Positions 9,448 through 18,190 of a stretch of 64,000 nt of DNA are shown here, one piece after another. Position 1 is the stretch's first letter. Each line of letters starts with the position of its first letter. The stretch spans positions 1,760 to 65,759 of the forward strand of contig JACRPT010000146.1 in assembly GCA_016223045.1 (NCBI GenBank), read 5' to 3'. The position numbers and the translations under genes were made by a program. The notes beneath the pieces were generated by a model. That model searched no databases, had not been told where the DNA came from, and saw only the letters and a list, made by a program, of their open reading frames with translations. The DNA comes from Candidatus Eiseniibacteriota bacterium (lineage in GTDB: Bacteria; Eisenbacteria; RBG-16-71-46).

Positions 9448-9556
9448 CGCGTCGCGCTACCCCGGCGCCTCGATCGTCCCTTCCAGGCAGGCCAGTGATC
9501 GCAGGGGGCCGCACACCGCGTCGCGCTACTCCGGCACCTCGATCGTCCCTTGCAGG
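9448..9556. repeat. 40-bp direct repeat duplicating the PhzF 3' end and stop
   Basis: 9448-9487 vs 9517-9556, 37/40 identical. Confidence 0.85.
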
Positions 9557-10404
9557 TACGGCGCCACGCGGCCGGCCATGATCACGGTCGCTCCTCGGTC
9601 CTCGCAGAACAGCTCGCCGCCGCGCGCCGAGACCTGGCGCGCGTGGAGCGTCTTCTTCCCGAGGCGCGCGGACCAGTAGGGGATCAGGTTGCAGTGCGCC
9701 GAGCCGGTGACGGGATCTTCGGGCACGCCGACCAGCGGTGCGAAGAAGCGCGAGACGAAGTCGCAATCGCACCCGGGCGCGGTGACGATGACGCCGTGGA
9801 GCCCGAGCGCGCGAATGCGGTCGAACGAGGGCGCGAGACCCCGCACCTCCTCTTCCGTCTCGTAGACCGCCATCACGTCGCGCGATTGGAGCACCGCGCG
9901 CGGCGCGCGCCCCAGCGCCTCGGCGAGCCCGGCGGGTGGCTCGCATGGCGCGGGCGGACGCGCGGGGAACTCCATCGCCAGCCGCTCGCCGTCGCGCCGC
10001 ACCGTGAGCGGCCCGCTCTGCGAGTGGAAGGTCACCTCCGCGCGCGCGGGCTCGAGCCGGTGGAGCACCACCCAGGCCGAGGCCAGCGTCGCGTGCCCGC
10101 AGAGATCGATCTCGGCCGCCGGCGTGAACCAGCGGATCTCGAAGTCGTCCGCGCGCCCCGGGGCGCCACCGGGCGCGGGCGCGCCGCCGGACGGCCCGCG
10201 AGCCGGCGCTGCGGCAGCCGCATTCCGCACCTGCGCCCCGCCGCCCGCGCGAACGAAGAATGCGGTCTCGGAGAGGTTGTTCTCGGCGGCGATGGCCTGC
10301 ATGAGGCGCGGCTCCAGCCAGCGCTCGAGCGGGCATACCGCGGCCGGGTTGCCGGCGAACACCGCACCCGTGAACGCGTCCACCTGCCACATCGGGATGC
10401 GCAT
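9526..10404 (-). CDS. PhzF-family isomerase
   Basis: VDAF, GNPAAV, SETAF, EIDLCGHATLA, EDPVTGSAH motifs. Confidence 0.93.
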   Translation of the reverse strand: MRIPMWQVDAFTGAVFAGNPAAVCPLERWLEPRLMQAIAAENNLSETAFFVRAGGGAQVRNAAAAAPARGPSGGAPAPGGAPGRADDFEIRWFTPAAEIDLCGHATLASAWVVLHRLEPARAEVTFHSQSGPLTVRRDGERLAMEFPARPPAPCEPPAGLAEALGRAPRAVLQSRDVMAVYETEEEVRGLAPSFDRIRALGLHGVIVTAPGCDCDFVSRFFAPLVGVPEDPVTGSAHCNLIPYWSARLGKKTLHARQVSARGGELFCEDRGATVIMAGRVAPYLQGTIEVPE

Positions 10405-10486
10405 CGTGCCTCCTCGCGCGCAGTCTGGCGCGGGCACTCGGGGGAATCCAGACGGCCGGGTCTCGGACGGAAGTGCGCGCGGCGCG

Positions 10487-10966
10487 TCAGCGCTCCGGTT
10501 CGCCCAGCTCCAGCTCCATGAACAGCGCGCCGGGGAGCGGGTTGTGATAGTAGGGCTCGATGGGCCGGAAGCCGAGCGCCCGGTAGAGCGCGATCGCCTC
10601 CGTCATCCCGCCCAGCGTGTCGAGCCGCATGTGCTGATGGCCGAGCCGGCGCGCTTCCTCGATGATCGCGAGCGCGAGCAGCCGGCCGAGGCCGCGGCCG
10701 CGGAACACCGGCCGCACGTAGAGGCGCTTCATCTCGCAGATGCCTTCCTCGCGCGGCCGCAATGCCACACAGCCGGCCACCTGGTCGTCCGCGCGCAGCA
10801 GCAGCAGGGCGCCGCGCGGCGGCGCGTACTCGCCGGGCAGGGTCGCGATCTCCTCGTGGAAACCCTGGAAGCGCAGGTCCACGCCGAGCGCGGCGGCGTA
10901 CTCCAGGAACAGCGTGCGGGCCTCGCGCAACTCCACGGCGGTCGTGGCGGGGCCGACAGCGACCAC
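10487..10966 (-). CDS. GNAT N-acetyltransferase
   Basis: [20 protein letters not shown]. Confidence 0.92.
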   Translation of the reverse strand: MVAVGPATTAVELREARTLFLEYAAALGVDLRFQGFHEEIATLPGEYAPPRGALLLLRADDQVAGCVALRPREEGICEMKRLYVRPVFRGRGLGRLLALAIIEEARRLGHQHMRLDTLGGMTEAIALYRALGFRPIEPYYHNPLPGALFMELELGEPER

Positions 10967-11083
10967 GCTCAGGCTCCTGGCGCGGGCGCGGCGAGGCCGT
11001 GGACGATCACACCCGGGCTCCCGGCACGAGCGCGGCGGGACCGGGCACGATCACGCTCAGGCTCCCGGCGCGGGCGCGGCGGG
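10959..11083. repeat. Three imperfect ~36-bp tandem repeats (44-bp period) at the EamA stop / GNAT start junction
   Basis: Units at ~10959, 11003 and 11047; consensus CGATCACGCTCAGGCTCCCGGCGCGGGCGCGGCG. Confidence 0.8.
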
Positions 11084-11983
11084 CACCGGGCGGCGCCATG
11101 ACACGACGGCGCCCGAGAGGCACACCAGTCCCGCCCCCAGCCACTGGCGCAGGTCGGGCGACCGGCCCCACACCAGGGACTCGAGCGCGTAGGTGAACAC
11201 CACGCCGGCGTAGGCGAGCGCGCTCAGCCGCGCGGCGCGGTCGAGCGCGTAGGCGCGGCTCATCGCGAGCTGGGCGAGCCCGCCGGCGGCCACGCTCACC
11301 GCGAGCGGGAGCAGCGCGCCCCGCGACGGCACGCGGAAGTGCGGCAGCGCGAGCAGCGACAGCGTCACGCCCGCCACCAGCGACATGTGGAACGCGATCG
11401 CCTCGCTGCTCTCGCGCGGTCCGAGCTTGCGGAGCCGGAGCATCGCCAGGGCGTAGAAGAACGCGCCCGCCACCGCGAGCGACGCGAGGTCGCCGGCCAG
11501 GCGGAACACCGGCTTCACCAGCACCGCCACCCCCACGAACCCCACCACCGCGCCGAGTGCGACGCGGCGCGACACGCGCTCGCGCAGCACCGGGAACGAG
11601 AGCAGCGCCACGAACAGCGGCCCCACGCCCGAGAGCGTCGCCACGTCGCCGACCGCGATGCGTTCCGAGCCCAGCACGTAGAACACGGCGGCCGCGTTCG
11701 CGGTGCCGAACAGCGAGCGCAGCCATGCGTTCTTCTGGTCCACCACGCGCAGCGAGGCCCCGCGCGAGCGCGCGATGGCGAACGCCACGACCGCGCCGCC
11801 CAGGAAGCGCACCGCGCCGATCTCGATGCCGGAGAGGTCCGCCGCGCCCAGCCGCGTGGCGACGCGCATCACCGCGAACAGGAACTCGGAGACCAGGATC
11901 CACGCGATGCCGTGGGCGAGGACGCCGCGCACCAGGTCGGCGCGCTCGGCGGCAGGGGCGGACGGGGCCTGGGCGGGCGGCAT
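11057..11983 (-). CDS. DMT/EamA-family transporter
   Basis: About 10 TM helices; 'PLFVALLS..VLRERV'; two-repeat organisation. Confidence 0.9.
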   Translation of the reverse strand: MPPAQAPSAPAAERADLVRGVLAHGIAWILVSEFLFAVMRVATRLGAADLSGIEIGAVRFLGGAVVAFAIARSRGASLRVVDQKNAWLRSLFGTANAAAVFYVLGSERIAVGDVATLSGVGPLFVALLSFPVLRERVSRRVALGAVVGFVGVAVLVKPVFRLAGDLASLAVAGAFFYALAMLRLRKLGPRESSEAIAFHMSLVAGVTLSLLALPHFRVPSRGALLPLAVSVAAGGLAQLAMSRAYALDRAARLSALAYAGVVFTYALESLVWGRSPDLRQWLGAGLVCLSGAVVSWRRPVPAAPAPGA

Positions 11984-12149
11984 GGACGATGGAGCTAACC
12001 ACAGGCGGAGGCGAGCCGCGAGGCGCCGGACGGAGCATTGCGAAACCGGCGCGGCGGGCAACACATCAGCCGGCTGCTGCAGGGCGGGGCGTGGGAGAAA
12101 CAGAGGTCGGGAGCGCGCGACCGCGCCGCGAGGCCGCGGCCCACGGGCT

Positions 12150-13364
12150 CTACCCCAGCCGGTCCCACACGCGCTTCGCGCACTCCTTCGCGCGGGCGGC
12201 GACCTCGCGCTCGTCCACGCTGACGAGCTGACCGTTGTCCATCACCACATCGCCCGCCACCATCGCGCCCGCGACCGGAGCGCGCAGCATGCCGGACCAC
12301 AGGTGGTCGAGGAAGGTGCGCTGCGAGAACTCGGTGGCCGGCCGGTAGTCCACCAGCAGCAGGTCGGCGGGCGCGCCCGGCGCGATCACGCCGAGCCCCT
12401 CGCCGAACTGGCGCTCGGCCCAGCGCGCGCCGTTGACGAACAGGCGCTGGTAGTGCGACTCGGCGCTGGCGCCCCAGCCGAGCGTGGCGTCGGGCAGCGG
12501 CGGGGCGTTGGCGCCGGCGTCGCTCCCCCACGCCACCTCGGCCTCGCGGATCAGGGCGGCGAGCGTGCCCGCGCCCACTGCCGAGAGCGCGTCGCCGCGC
12601 TCGCGCGCCTCGCCGAGCAGGCCGCGCGGCGCGGCCTCGGCGTGCGCCCACAGCGTGGGGAGCGCGGCCTCGCGCCACGGCGCGCGCGCGCGCCAGCGCT
12701 CGGCGGGCGTCAGGTCGAGCGCCAGGTCCACGTGCACGCCCAGCCGGTCGCCGGCCACCTCGAGCGCGTCGGCGTAGAGGGTCTCGACGCCGGCCAGCGA
12801 AGTGGCCTGCACGCCCACCATCCCGCGCACGCGCCCGTCGCGGCGGCGGTGCAGCTCGGCGGCGAAGCCCAGGCATTCCTCGAAGGCCGAGCGGCGCTCG
12901 ATCTCGGAGTCGGATTCGGCCGCGCCGTAGCAGGTGGCGACGCGCACGCCCACCTTCTCCGCCGCGTTCACCACCTCGGAGAGCGAGAGGTCGGTGCAGG
13001 CGCCGGAGCGGTGGAAGTCGCACACGGTGGTCACGCCGTGGCGCACGCCCTCGATGAGCGCCGCGGCCACCGACCACAGCACATCCTCGGGCGAGAGCGC
13101 GCGGTCGTAGCGCCGCCACTCGGCCTGGCGCTTGAGCCCGAGCCCGCGCGCCAGGTGGCGCGCCAGGTGGCTGTGCGTGTTGATGAAGCCCGGCATGAGG
13201 ACGCGGCCGCGCGCCGGCCACAGCGTCTCGTCCGGGTAGGCGTGCGCCAGCACCGGCACCGGCGCGATCGCCGCCACGTGAGCGCCCACCACGCGCACGC
13301 CCGAGTCCTCGATCACGTCCGGCTTCGCCCCGCCGGTCACCACCGTGCACGGACCGATGATCAT
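12150..13364 (-). CDS. Amidohydrolase-family protein (SsnA-like)
   Basis: PGFINTHSH, GVTTVCD, GSD, G.IAPGAPADL. Confidence 0.85.
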   Translation of the reverse strand: MIIGPCTVVTGGAKPDVIEDSGVRVVGAHVAAIAPVPVLAHAYPDETLWPARGRVLMPGFINTHSHLARHLARGLGLKRQAEWRRYDRALSPEDVLWSVAAALIEGVRHGVTTVCDFHRSGACTDLSLSEVVNAAEKVGVRVATCYGAAESDSEIERRSAFEECLGFAAELHRRRDGRVRGMVGVQATSLAGVETLYADALEVAGDRLGVHVDLALDLTPAERWRARAPWREAALPTLWAHAEAAPRGLLGEARERGDALSAVGAGTLAALIREAEVAWGSDAGANAPPLPDATLGWGASAESHYQRLFVNGARWAERQFGEGLGVIAPGAPADLLLVDYRPATEFSQRTFLDHLWSGMLRAPVAGAMVAGDVVMDNGQLVSVDEREVAARAKECAKRVWDRLG

Positions 13365-13437
13365 CTCAGGCTCCCATCCCGCCCCGATCCCCGGGAAGGG
13401 CATCCCGCCCGGATCCCTCGGGCCCCACGCGCCGCGC

Positions 13438-14790
13438 TCACGCCATCCCCGCGCGGCGGACCAGCCCGCGCGCCTCGGCGCGCGCCTCCGCCACCGCGCG
13501 CTCCGGATCGAGCGTCGCCCACGCGCCGTCGCGATAGAGCACGCGCCCCGCCACCATGGTCAGCCGCACGTCCGAAGCGCGCGCGGCGTGCACCAGGGTC
13601 ACGTACGGGTCGTGGGTCTCGTTCGGCGCGACGTGCGGCCCGGTGTGGTCCACCACGGCCACGTCCGCCTGCTTCCCCGCTTCGAGGACGCCGACGTCGT
13701 CGAGTCCCAGCGCGCGCGCGCCCTCGCAGGTCGCGAGCGCCAGCACCTCGCGCGCGGTGAGCGGGTCGGCCGGCTCGAGCGCGCGCGCCAGGTTCGCGGC
13801 CATCCCCATCTCGTGGAAGGTGTCGAGCCGGTTGTCGCACGCCGCGCCGTCCGAGCCGAGACCGCGGCGGATGCCCGCCTGCTTCCAACGCCGCACGTTC
13901 GCGAAGCCCGAGCCGAGCTTGAGGTTCGATCCCGGACAGTGGACCAGCGCCGCGCCGGCGCGCGAGAGCAGTCCCAGCTCCTCGTCGTCGAGCCACACCC
14001 CGTGCGCGCCGACGAAGCGCCCGCTCAGGACGCCGTGCCGCGCGAAGTAGAGCGCCGAGGTGCTGGCGACCGCGCTCTCCACCTCGCGCGCCTCGGTCGG
14101 GCTCTCGGCGAGATGCGTGTGGACCATGAGCCCGCGCTCGGCCGCGGCGGCCGCGACCCCGTGCCACAGACCCTCGCTGCACGAGAGGATGAAGCGCGGC
14201 GCCAGCGAGACGCGCAGGCGTCCGCCCGCCGCGCCGTGCCAGCGCGCGGCCAGCGCCAGCGCCGAATCCAGCGCGTCGCGCGCGCTCTCGCGCAGGCCCG
14301 CCGGCACGCCCTGGCCCTGGTCCATGAGCGCCTTGCCGAAGGTCGCGCGGATGCCGGTCTCCTCGTAGACCGCGCCGAGGGAGTCGGCGTGGCGCACCGT
14401 GCCCATGTCGTTCACGCAGGTCACGCCGCCGGCGACCAGCTCGGCCAGGCCGAGGCGCGCCGCGGCCGCGATCGAGGCCTCGGTGTGCGCGGCCTCGAGC
14501 GGCCAGATGCTCTCGCGCAGCCAGCGCAGGAGGTCGCTCTGCTCGGCGAGCCCGCGGAACAGCGTCTGGCACAGATGGAGATGCCCGTGGACGAGCCCCG
14601 GGAGCACGAAGCAACCGGAGGCGTCGAGCGCCTGCTCGGCGCGGCCGCCCGGCAGCGCCGCGAGTGCGGCGGGCACGGCGTCCCCGAGCGCGGCGATCCG
14701 TCCGTCGCGCACCAGCAGGTCGCCGCGCACCACGGAGCCCGCGGCGTCCATGCAGACCAGCGTGCCGGATTGAAAGAGGAAGCTGCTCAG
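13438..14790 (-). CDS. Amidohydrolase (MtaD/5'-deoxyadenosine deaminase-like)
   Basis: HGHLH, HTHLAE, AHGVW, HCPGSNLKL, LGSDG; start uncertain (CTG at 14790 after GGAGG). Confidence 0.85.
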   Translation of the reverse strand: MSSFLFQSGTLVCMDAAGSVVRGDLLVRDGRIAALGDAVPAALAALPGGRAEQALDASGCFVLPGLVHGHLHLCQTLFRGLAEQSDLLRWLRESIWPLEAAHTEASIAAAARLGLAELVAGGVTCVNDMGTVRHADSLGAVYEETGIRATFGKALMDQGQGVPAGLRESARDALDSALALAARWHGAAGGRLRVSLAPRFILSCSEGLWHGVAAAAAERGLMVHTHLAESPTEAREVESAVASTSALYFARHGVLSGRFVGAHGVWLDDEELGLLSRAGAALVHCPGSNLKLGSGFANVRRWKQAGIRRGLGSDGAACDNRLDTFHEMGMAANLARALEPADPLTAREVLALATCEGARALGLDDVGVLEAGKQADVAVVDHTGPHVAPNETHDPYVTLVHAARASDVRLTMVAGRVLYRDGAWATLDPERAVAEARAEARGLVRRAGMA

Positions 14791-15202
14791 GCAGGCGCCT
14801 CCATGCGGTCGAGCATGCGCTCCGGCATCCGTGCCGGAGGGTTTCGGCGAGAAGATCCGGCGTCCGGCGTCGCGCTGCTTGCCGGTGCCCCCGGGCGGCG
14901 CCCGCGATGGTGGCGGCGCCCGACCCGGGGGCCATTCGTTCTGGACCTTCTCGCTCCGGCCGGGACGTTGGCACTGCCGGGAGGTGGTGTCAAGAACTAG
15001 CGGGGGGCCACGGAGCATCAAGCGACACGGGCCCGCGCGCCCGCGGACCCGCGCGTCCTGCCACGGCTTGCGAGCCCGGCGACGAGGGCGAAGTCGCGCC
15101 CGTGATCACCGCCCTCGCGCGCGCGGCGGGTCTCGGCTCGATGCAGCGGGGACGCGCGGCGGCCCGATTGACCGCCCTCTGCCCCGCTCCTACCCTCGTC
15201 GC

Positions 15203-16678
15203 ATGTCCGGTCCCCGCAGCCTCCCGCCCGCACGATCCATCTCGGTGCGTGACCCGCTCACGGCGCTGCGGGCGCTGGCGCGCCTGCCGCATCCGTTCCT
15301 GCTCCACTCGGCGCTGGCGGGCGCGCGCGCGCGATGGTCGTTCTTCGGGGCGGACCCGTTCGAGGTCCATCGCGGCGGCGACTACGCGGCGGCGGTGGCG
15401 CGCTGGCGCGCGCTCGCGGCAGGCGCGGCGCACGGTACGGGCGGGGCGCACAGCAAGAGCGGAGCGCCGGCACCTCTCGCGGCCGGCGCAGGCCAGGGGG
15501 GTGCCGACCCCGCCCCGTTCACCGGCGGAGCGGTCGGCTACTGGGCGTACGACTTCGGCCGCCGCCTCGAGCGGCTGCCCGCGCGCGCGGCCGACGACCT
15601 CGGGCTCCCGGACTTCCTGCTCGGCTTCTACGACGTGGTCGGCGCGTTCGACCACGCCAGCGGGGAGTGCCGGCTCTACTCGAGCGGGCTGCCGCTCGAA
15701 GGGACGGAGGGCGCCGAACGCGCGCAACGCCGGCTCGAATCGTTCGCCGCGACGATCGAGAGCGCGCCGCCCGCGGCGGCCGCAGCGCCCGGCGGCGCAC
15801 CGCTCCACGCCCGCTCCACCTTTCGCGCCGACGACTACCTGCGCGCGGTCGAGCGGGTGAAGGACCACATCCGCCGCGGCGACATCTTCCAGGCCAACCT
15901 CTCGCAGCGCTGGACGCTGCCGCTCGCGGGAGACGCGCTGCGCCTCGCGCTCCCGCTCTTCGGGGCGCTGGCGCGGCTCTCCCCCGCGCCCTTCGCGGCG
16001 TTCGTCGGCGCGGAGGACCACGCCATCGTCTCGGCGAGCCCGGAGCGATTCCTCGAACTCTCCGGCGGACGGATCGAGACGCGGCCGATCAAGGGCACGC
16101 GCCCGCGCGCCGCGGACCTGGCCGAGGACGCGCGGCTCGCGTCCGAGCTGCTGGCGAGCGCCAAGGACCGCGCGGAGAACGTGATGATCGTGGACGTGCT
16201 CCGCAACGACCTGGGGCGGGTGTGCGAGACCGGATCGGTCGCGACCAGCGGGCTGTGCGAACTGGAGAGCTTCCCGCAGGTCCACCACCTGACCTCGACG
16301 GTGACCGGCGTGCTGCGCGGCGGGCTCGACGGCTTCGACCTGCTCGCGGCGTGTTTCCCCGGCGGCTCGATCACCGGCGCACCCAAGATCCGCGCGATGG
16401 AGATCCTCGATGCGCTGGAGCCGGTGCGGCGCCACATCTATACCGGCGCGGTGGGCTGGCTCGACTGGCGCGGCGAGGCGGACTGGAACATCGCCATCCG
16501 CACCGCGCTGGTGACGTCGCACGCGTTCCACTTCGCGGCCGGCGGCGGCATCACCGCGGACTCCGACCCCACGGCCGAGTACGAGGAGACGCTGCACAAG
16601 GCCGAGGGGATGCGCGCCGCGCTCGCCGCCGTGGCGGGGCCGGTGACGCTGGCGCCGGCGCTGGCGGGCGTGAGATGA
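15203..16678 (+). CDS. pabB: Aminodeoxychorismate synthase component I
   Basis: SPERFL, TRPIKGT, KDRAENVMIVDVLRND, FPGGSITGAPK. Confidence 0.9.
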   Translation: MSGPRSLPPARSISVRDPLTALRALARLPHPFLLHSALAGARARWSFFGADPFEVHRGGDYAAAVARWRALAAGAAHGTGGAHSKSGAPAPLAAGAGQGGADPAPFTGGAVGYWAYDFGRRLERLPARAADDLGLPDFLLGFYDVVGAFDHASGECRLYSSGLPLEGTEGAERAQRRLESFAATIESAPPAAAAAPGGAPLHARSTFRADDYLRAVERVKDHIRRGDIFQANLSQRWTLPLAGDALRLALPLFGALARLSPAPFAAFVGAEDHAIVSASPERFLELSGGRIETRPIKGTRPRAADLAEDARLASELLASAKDRAENVMIVDVLRNDLGRVCETGSVATSGLCELESFPQVHHLTSTVTGVLRGGLDGFDLLAACFPGGSITGAPKIRAMEILDALEPVRRHIYTGAVGWLDWRGEADWNIAIRTALVTSHAFHFAAGGGITADSDPTAEYEETLHKAEGMRAALAAVAGPVTLAPALAGVR

Positions 16679-17568
16679 GCGCGGGCCGTCCTTCCGGCGG
16701 GCGCGACCCTGCGGCGGCCGCCCCACTCCCCCCTCGAACGCTGTGGGTGAACGGCCGGCTCTGCCGCGGCGAGGAGGCGACGCTCTCGCTGTTCGACCGC
16801 GGCGCGCGCGACGGCGAGGGGCTCTTCGAGACGCTGCGCGTCTACGGCGGCAGACCGTTCCTGTGGGAGCACCACATGGAGCGGCTGGTCCTGTCGGCCG
16901 CCGAGCTGGGTTTCCCGGTGCCGCCCGCGCCGTCGTTGCTGCGCGAGGCGGTCGCGCAGGTGCTCGAAACCGACGGGCTCTCGGACGCGGTGGTGCGCAT
17001 CACGGTGACGCGCGGCGTCCCGGGCGGGCGGCCGACGCGCACCGGCGCGTGGGTCGAGGCCGAGCCGCTCGCCTCACGGCTGTGGGCGGGGGCGGCCGCC
17101 GGGGCGGCGAGCGCCATCGTCTCGAAGCGCCCCTTCGAGCCGGGGCCGCTCGGACGCCACAAGACCACGAGCCGCCTCGCCTATCACCTGGCGCGCGAAG
17201 AGGCGCGTGTGGCGCGCGTGGACGAGGCGCTGCTGGTGACGCGCGACGGCCACGCGCTCGAAGGCGCGGTGAGCAACCTGTTCGTGGTGGTGGGCGGCGC
17301 GGTGCTGACCCCGCCGCTCGCGCGCGGCATCCTGCCCGGCATCGCCCGCGCGCTCGCGCTCGAGCTGTGCGCCGGGCTGGGCATCGCGGCGCGCGAGGCC
17401 GACCTCGCGCGCGCGGACCTGCTGTGCGCGGAGGAGGTGTTCCTCACCAACTCGGTGCAGGAGGTGGTGCCGCTGGCGACGCTCGACGGCCGCGCGCTGC
17501 CCGAGCGCTCATGCGGCGCGCGCCTCGGCGAGTCCTACCGCGCGGAGGCGGCGCGCGCGGCCGGCTGA
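16675..17568 (+). CDS. Class IV PLP aminotransferase / ADC lyase (PabC-like)
   Basis: GLFETLR, HMERL, HKT, EGAVSNLF, LPGI.R, EEVFLTNS; ATGA coupling to pabB. Confidence 0.88.
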   Translation: MSAGRPSGGRDPAAAAPLPPRTLWVNGRLCRGEEATLSLFDRGARDGEGLFETLRVYGGRPFLWEHHMERLVLSAAELGFPVPPAPSLLREAVAQVLETDGLSDAVVRITVTRGVPGGRPTRTGAWVEAEPLASRLWAGAAAGAASAIVSKRPFEPGPLGRHKTTSRLAYHLAREEARVARVDEALLVTRDGHALEGAVSNLFVVVGGAVLTPPLARGILPGIARALALELCAGLGIAAREADLARADLLCAEEVFLTNSVQEVVPLATLDGRALPERSCGARLGESYRAEAARAAG

Positions 17569-17658
17569 GCCTGCCCCCAACTCCCGGGCGAAGAGCCGGT
17601 GCGCGGCCCGACGAGGCTGCCGCGCGGAGGCGGCGCGCGCGGCCGGCTGAGCCTGCCC
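17538..17658. repeat. Perfect 39-bp direct repeat duplicating the pabC-like 3' end and stop
   Basis: 17538-17576 = 17620-17658. Confidence 0.9.
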
Positions 17659-18083
17659 GCGGACCCGCGGGGTGGGACGGGCGCGATGCCGGGCCCAGGG
17701 CCGGAACCGGGTGGATCGCGGGGGCCAGGCGGCCCCCCCGGTGCGCCTAAGCCAGCCGGGACTATCCATGACCCGCTGCTGCCAGGGCAATCCGGCCGCG
17801 GTCGGGCACCCACCGACGGCGGGGCACGCTGCGCCCCCGGGCGATGGCGGGTCCGAGCGGGTACCAGGACCTCCCGACCGGGATGCCGCCGCCGGCCCGA
17901 GACGCGCCGCGGGACTCGCGCATGCGGCCGAAGTCTGGACGCTCCCGCGCCGCAGCAGGCACGGTCGCCGCCGCCCGCGCGCGGCGGGCTCGCGTCGCCG
18001 GCCATGCCGGCGCACCCGCGGAATGCGGGGCGGGTGCCGCCGGCCGGCCGGCCCGCGTTCCCGCGCGGACGGTTCGGAACCCG

Positions 18084-18098
18084 TGGCACACGGGATGC
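18084..18098 (+). promoter_or_regulatory. Putative sigma54 -24/-12 promoter
   Basis: TGGCACACGGGATGC, about 90 bp upstream of the ATG at 18191. Confidence 0.55.
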
Positions 18099-18190
18099 AT
18101 CGTGAAGTGCGGCGGGGCGCCGCGCACGATGATCCCGTCGCGCCGCCCGGCGCCGCCCCACCGGCGAGGCCACTGCTCCGGAGACCACAC

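Noticed and set aside
17538..17658. Mini-CRISPR (39-bp repeat, 43-bp spacer)
   Set aside because: Only two units, the repeat is a gene's own 3' end, and there are no cas genes or leader
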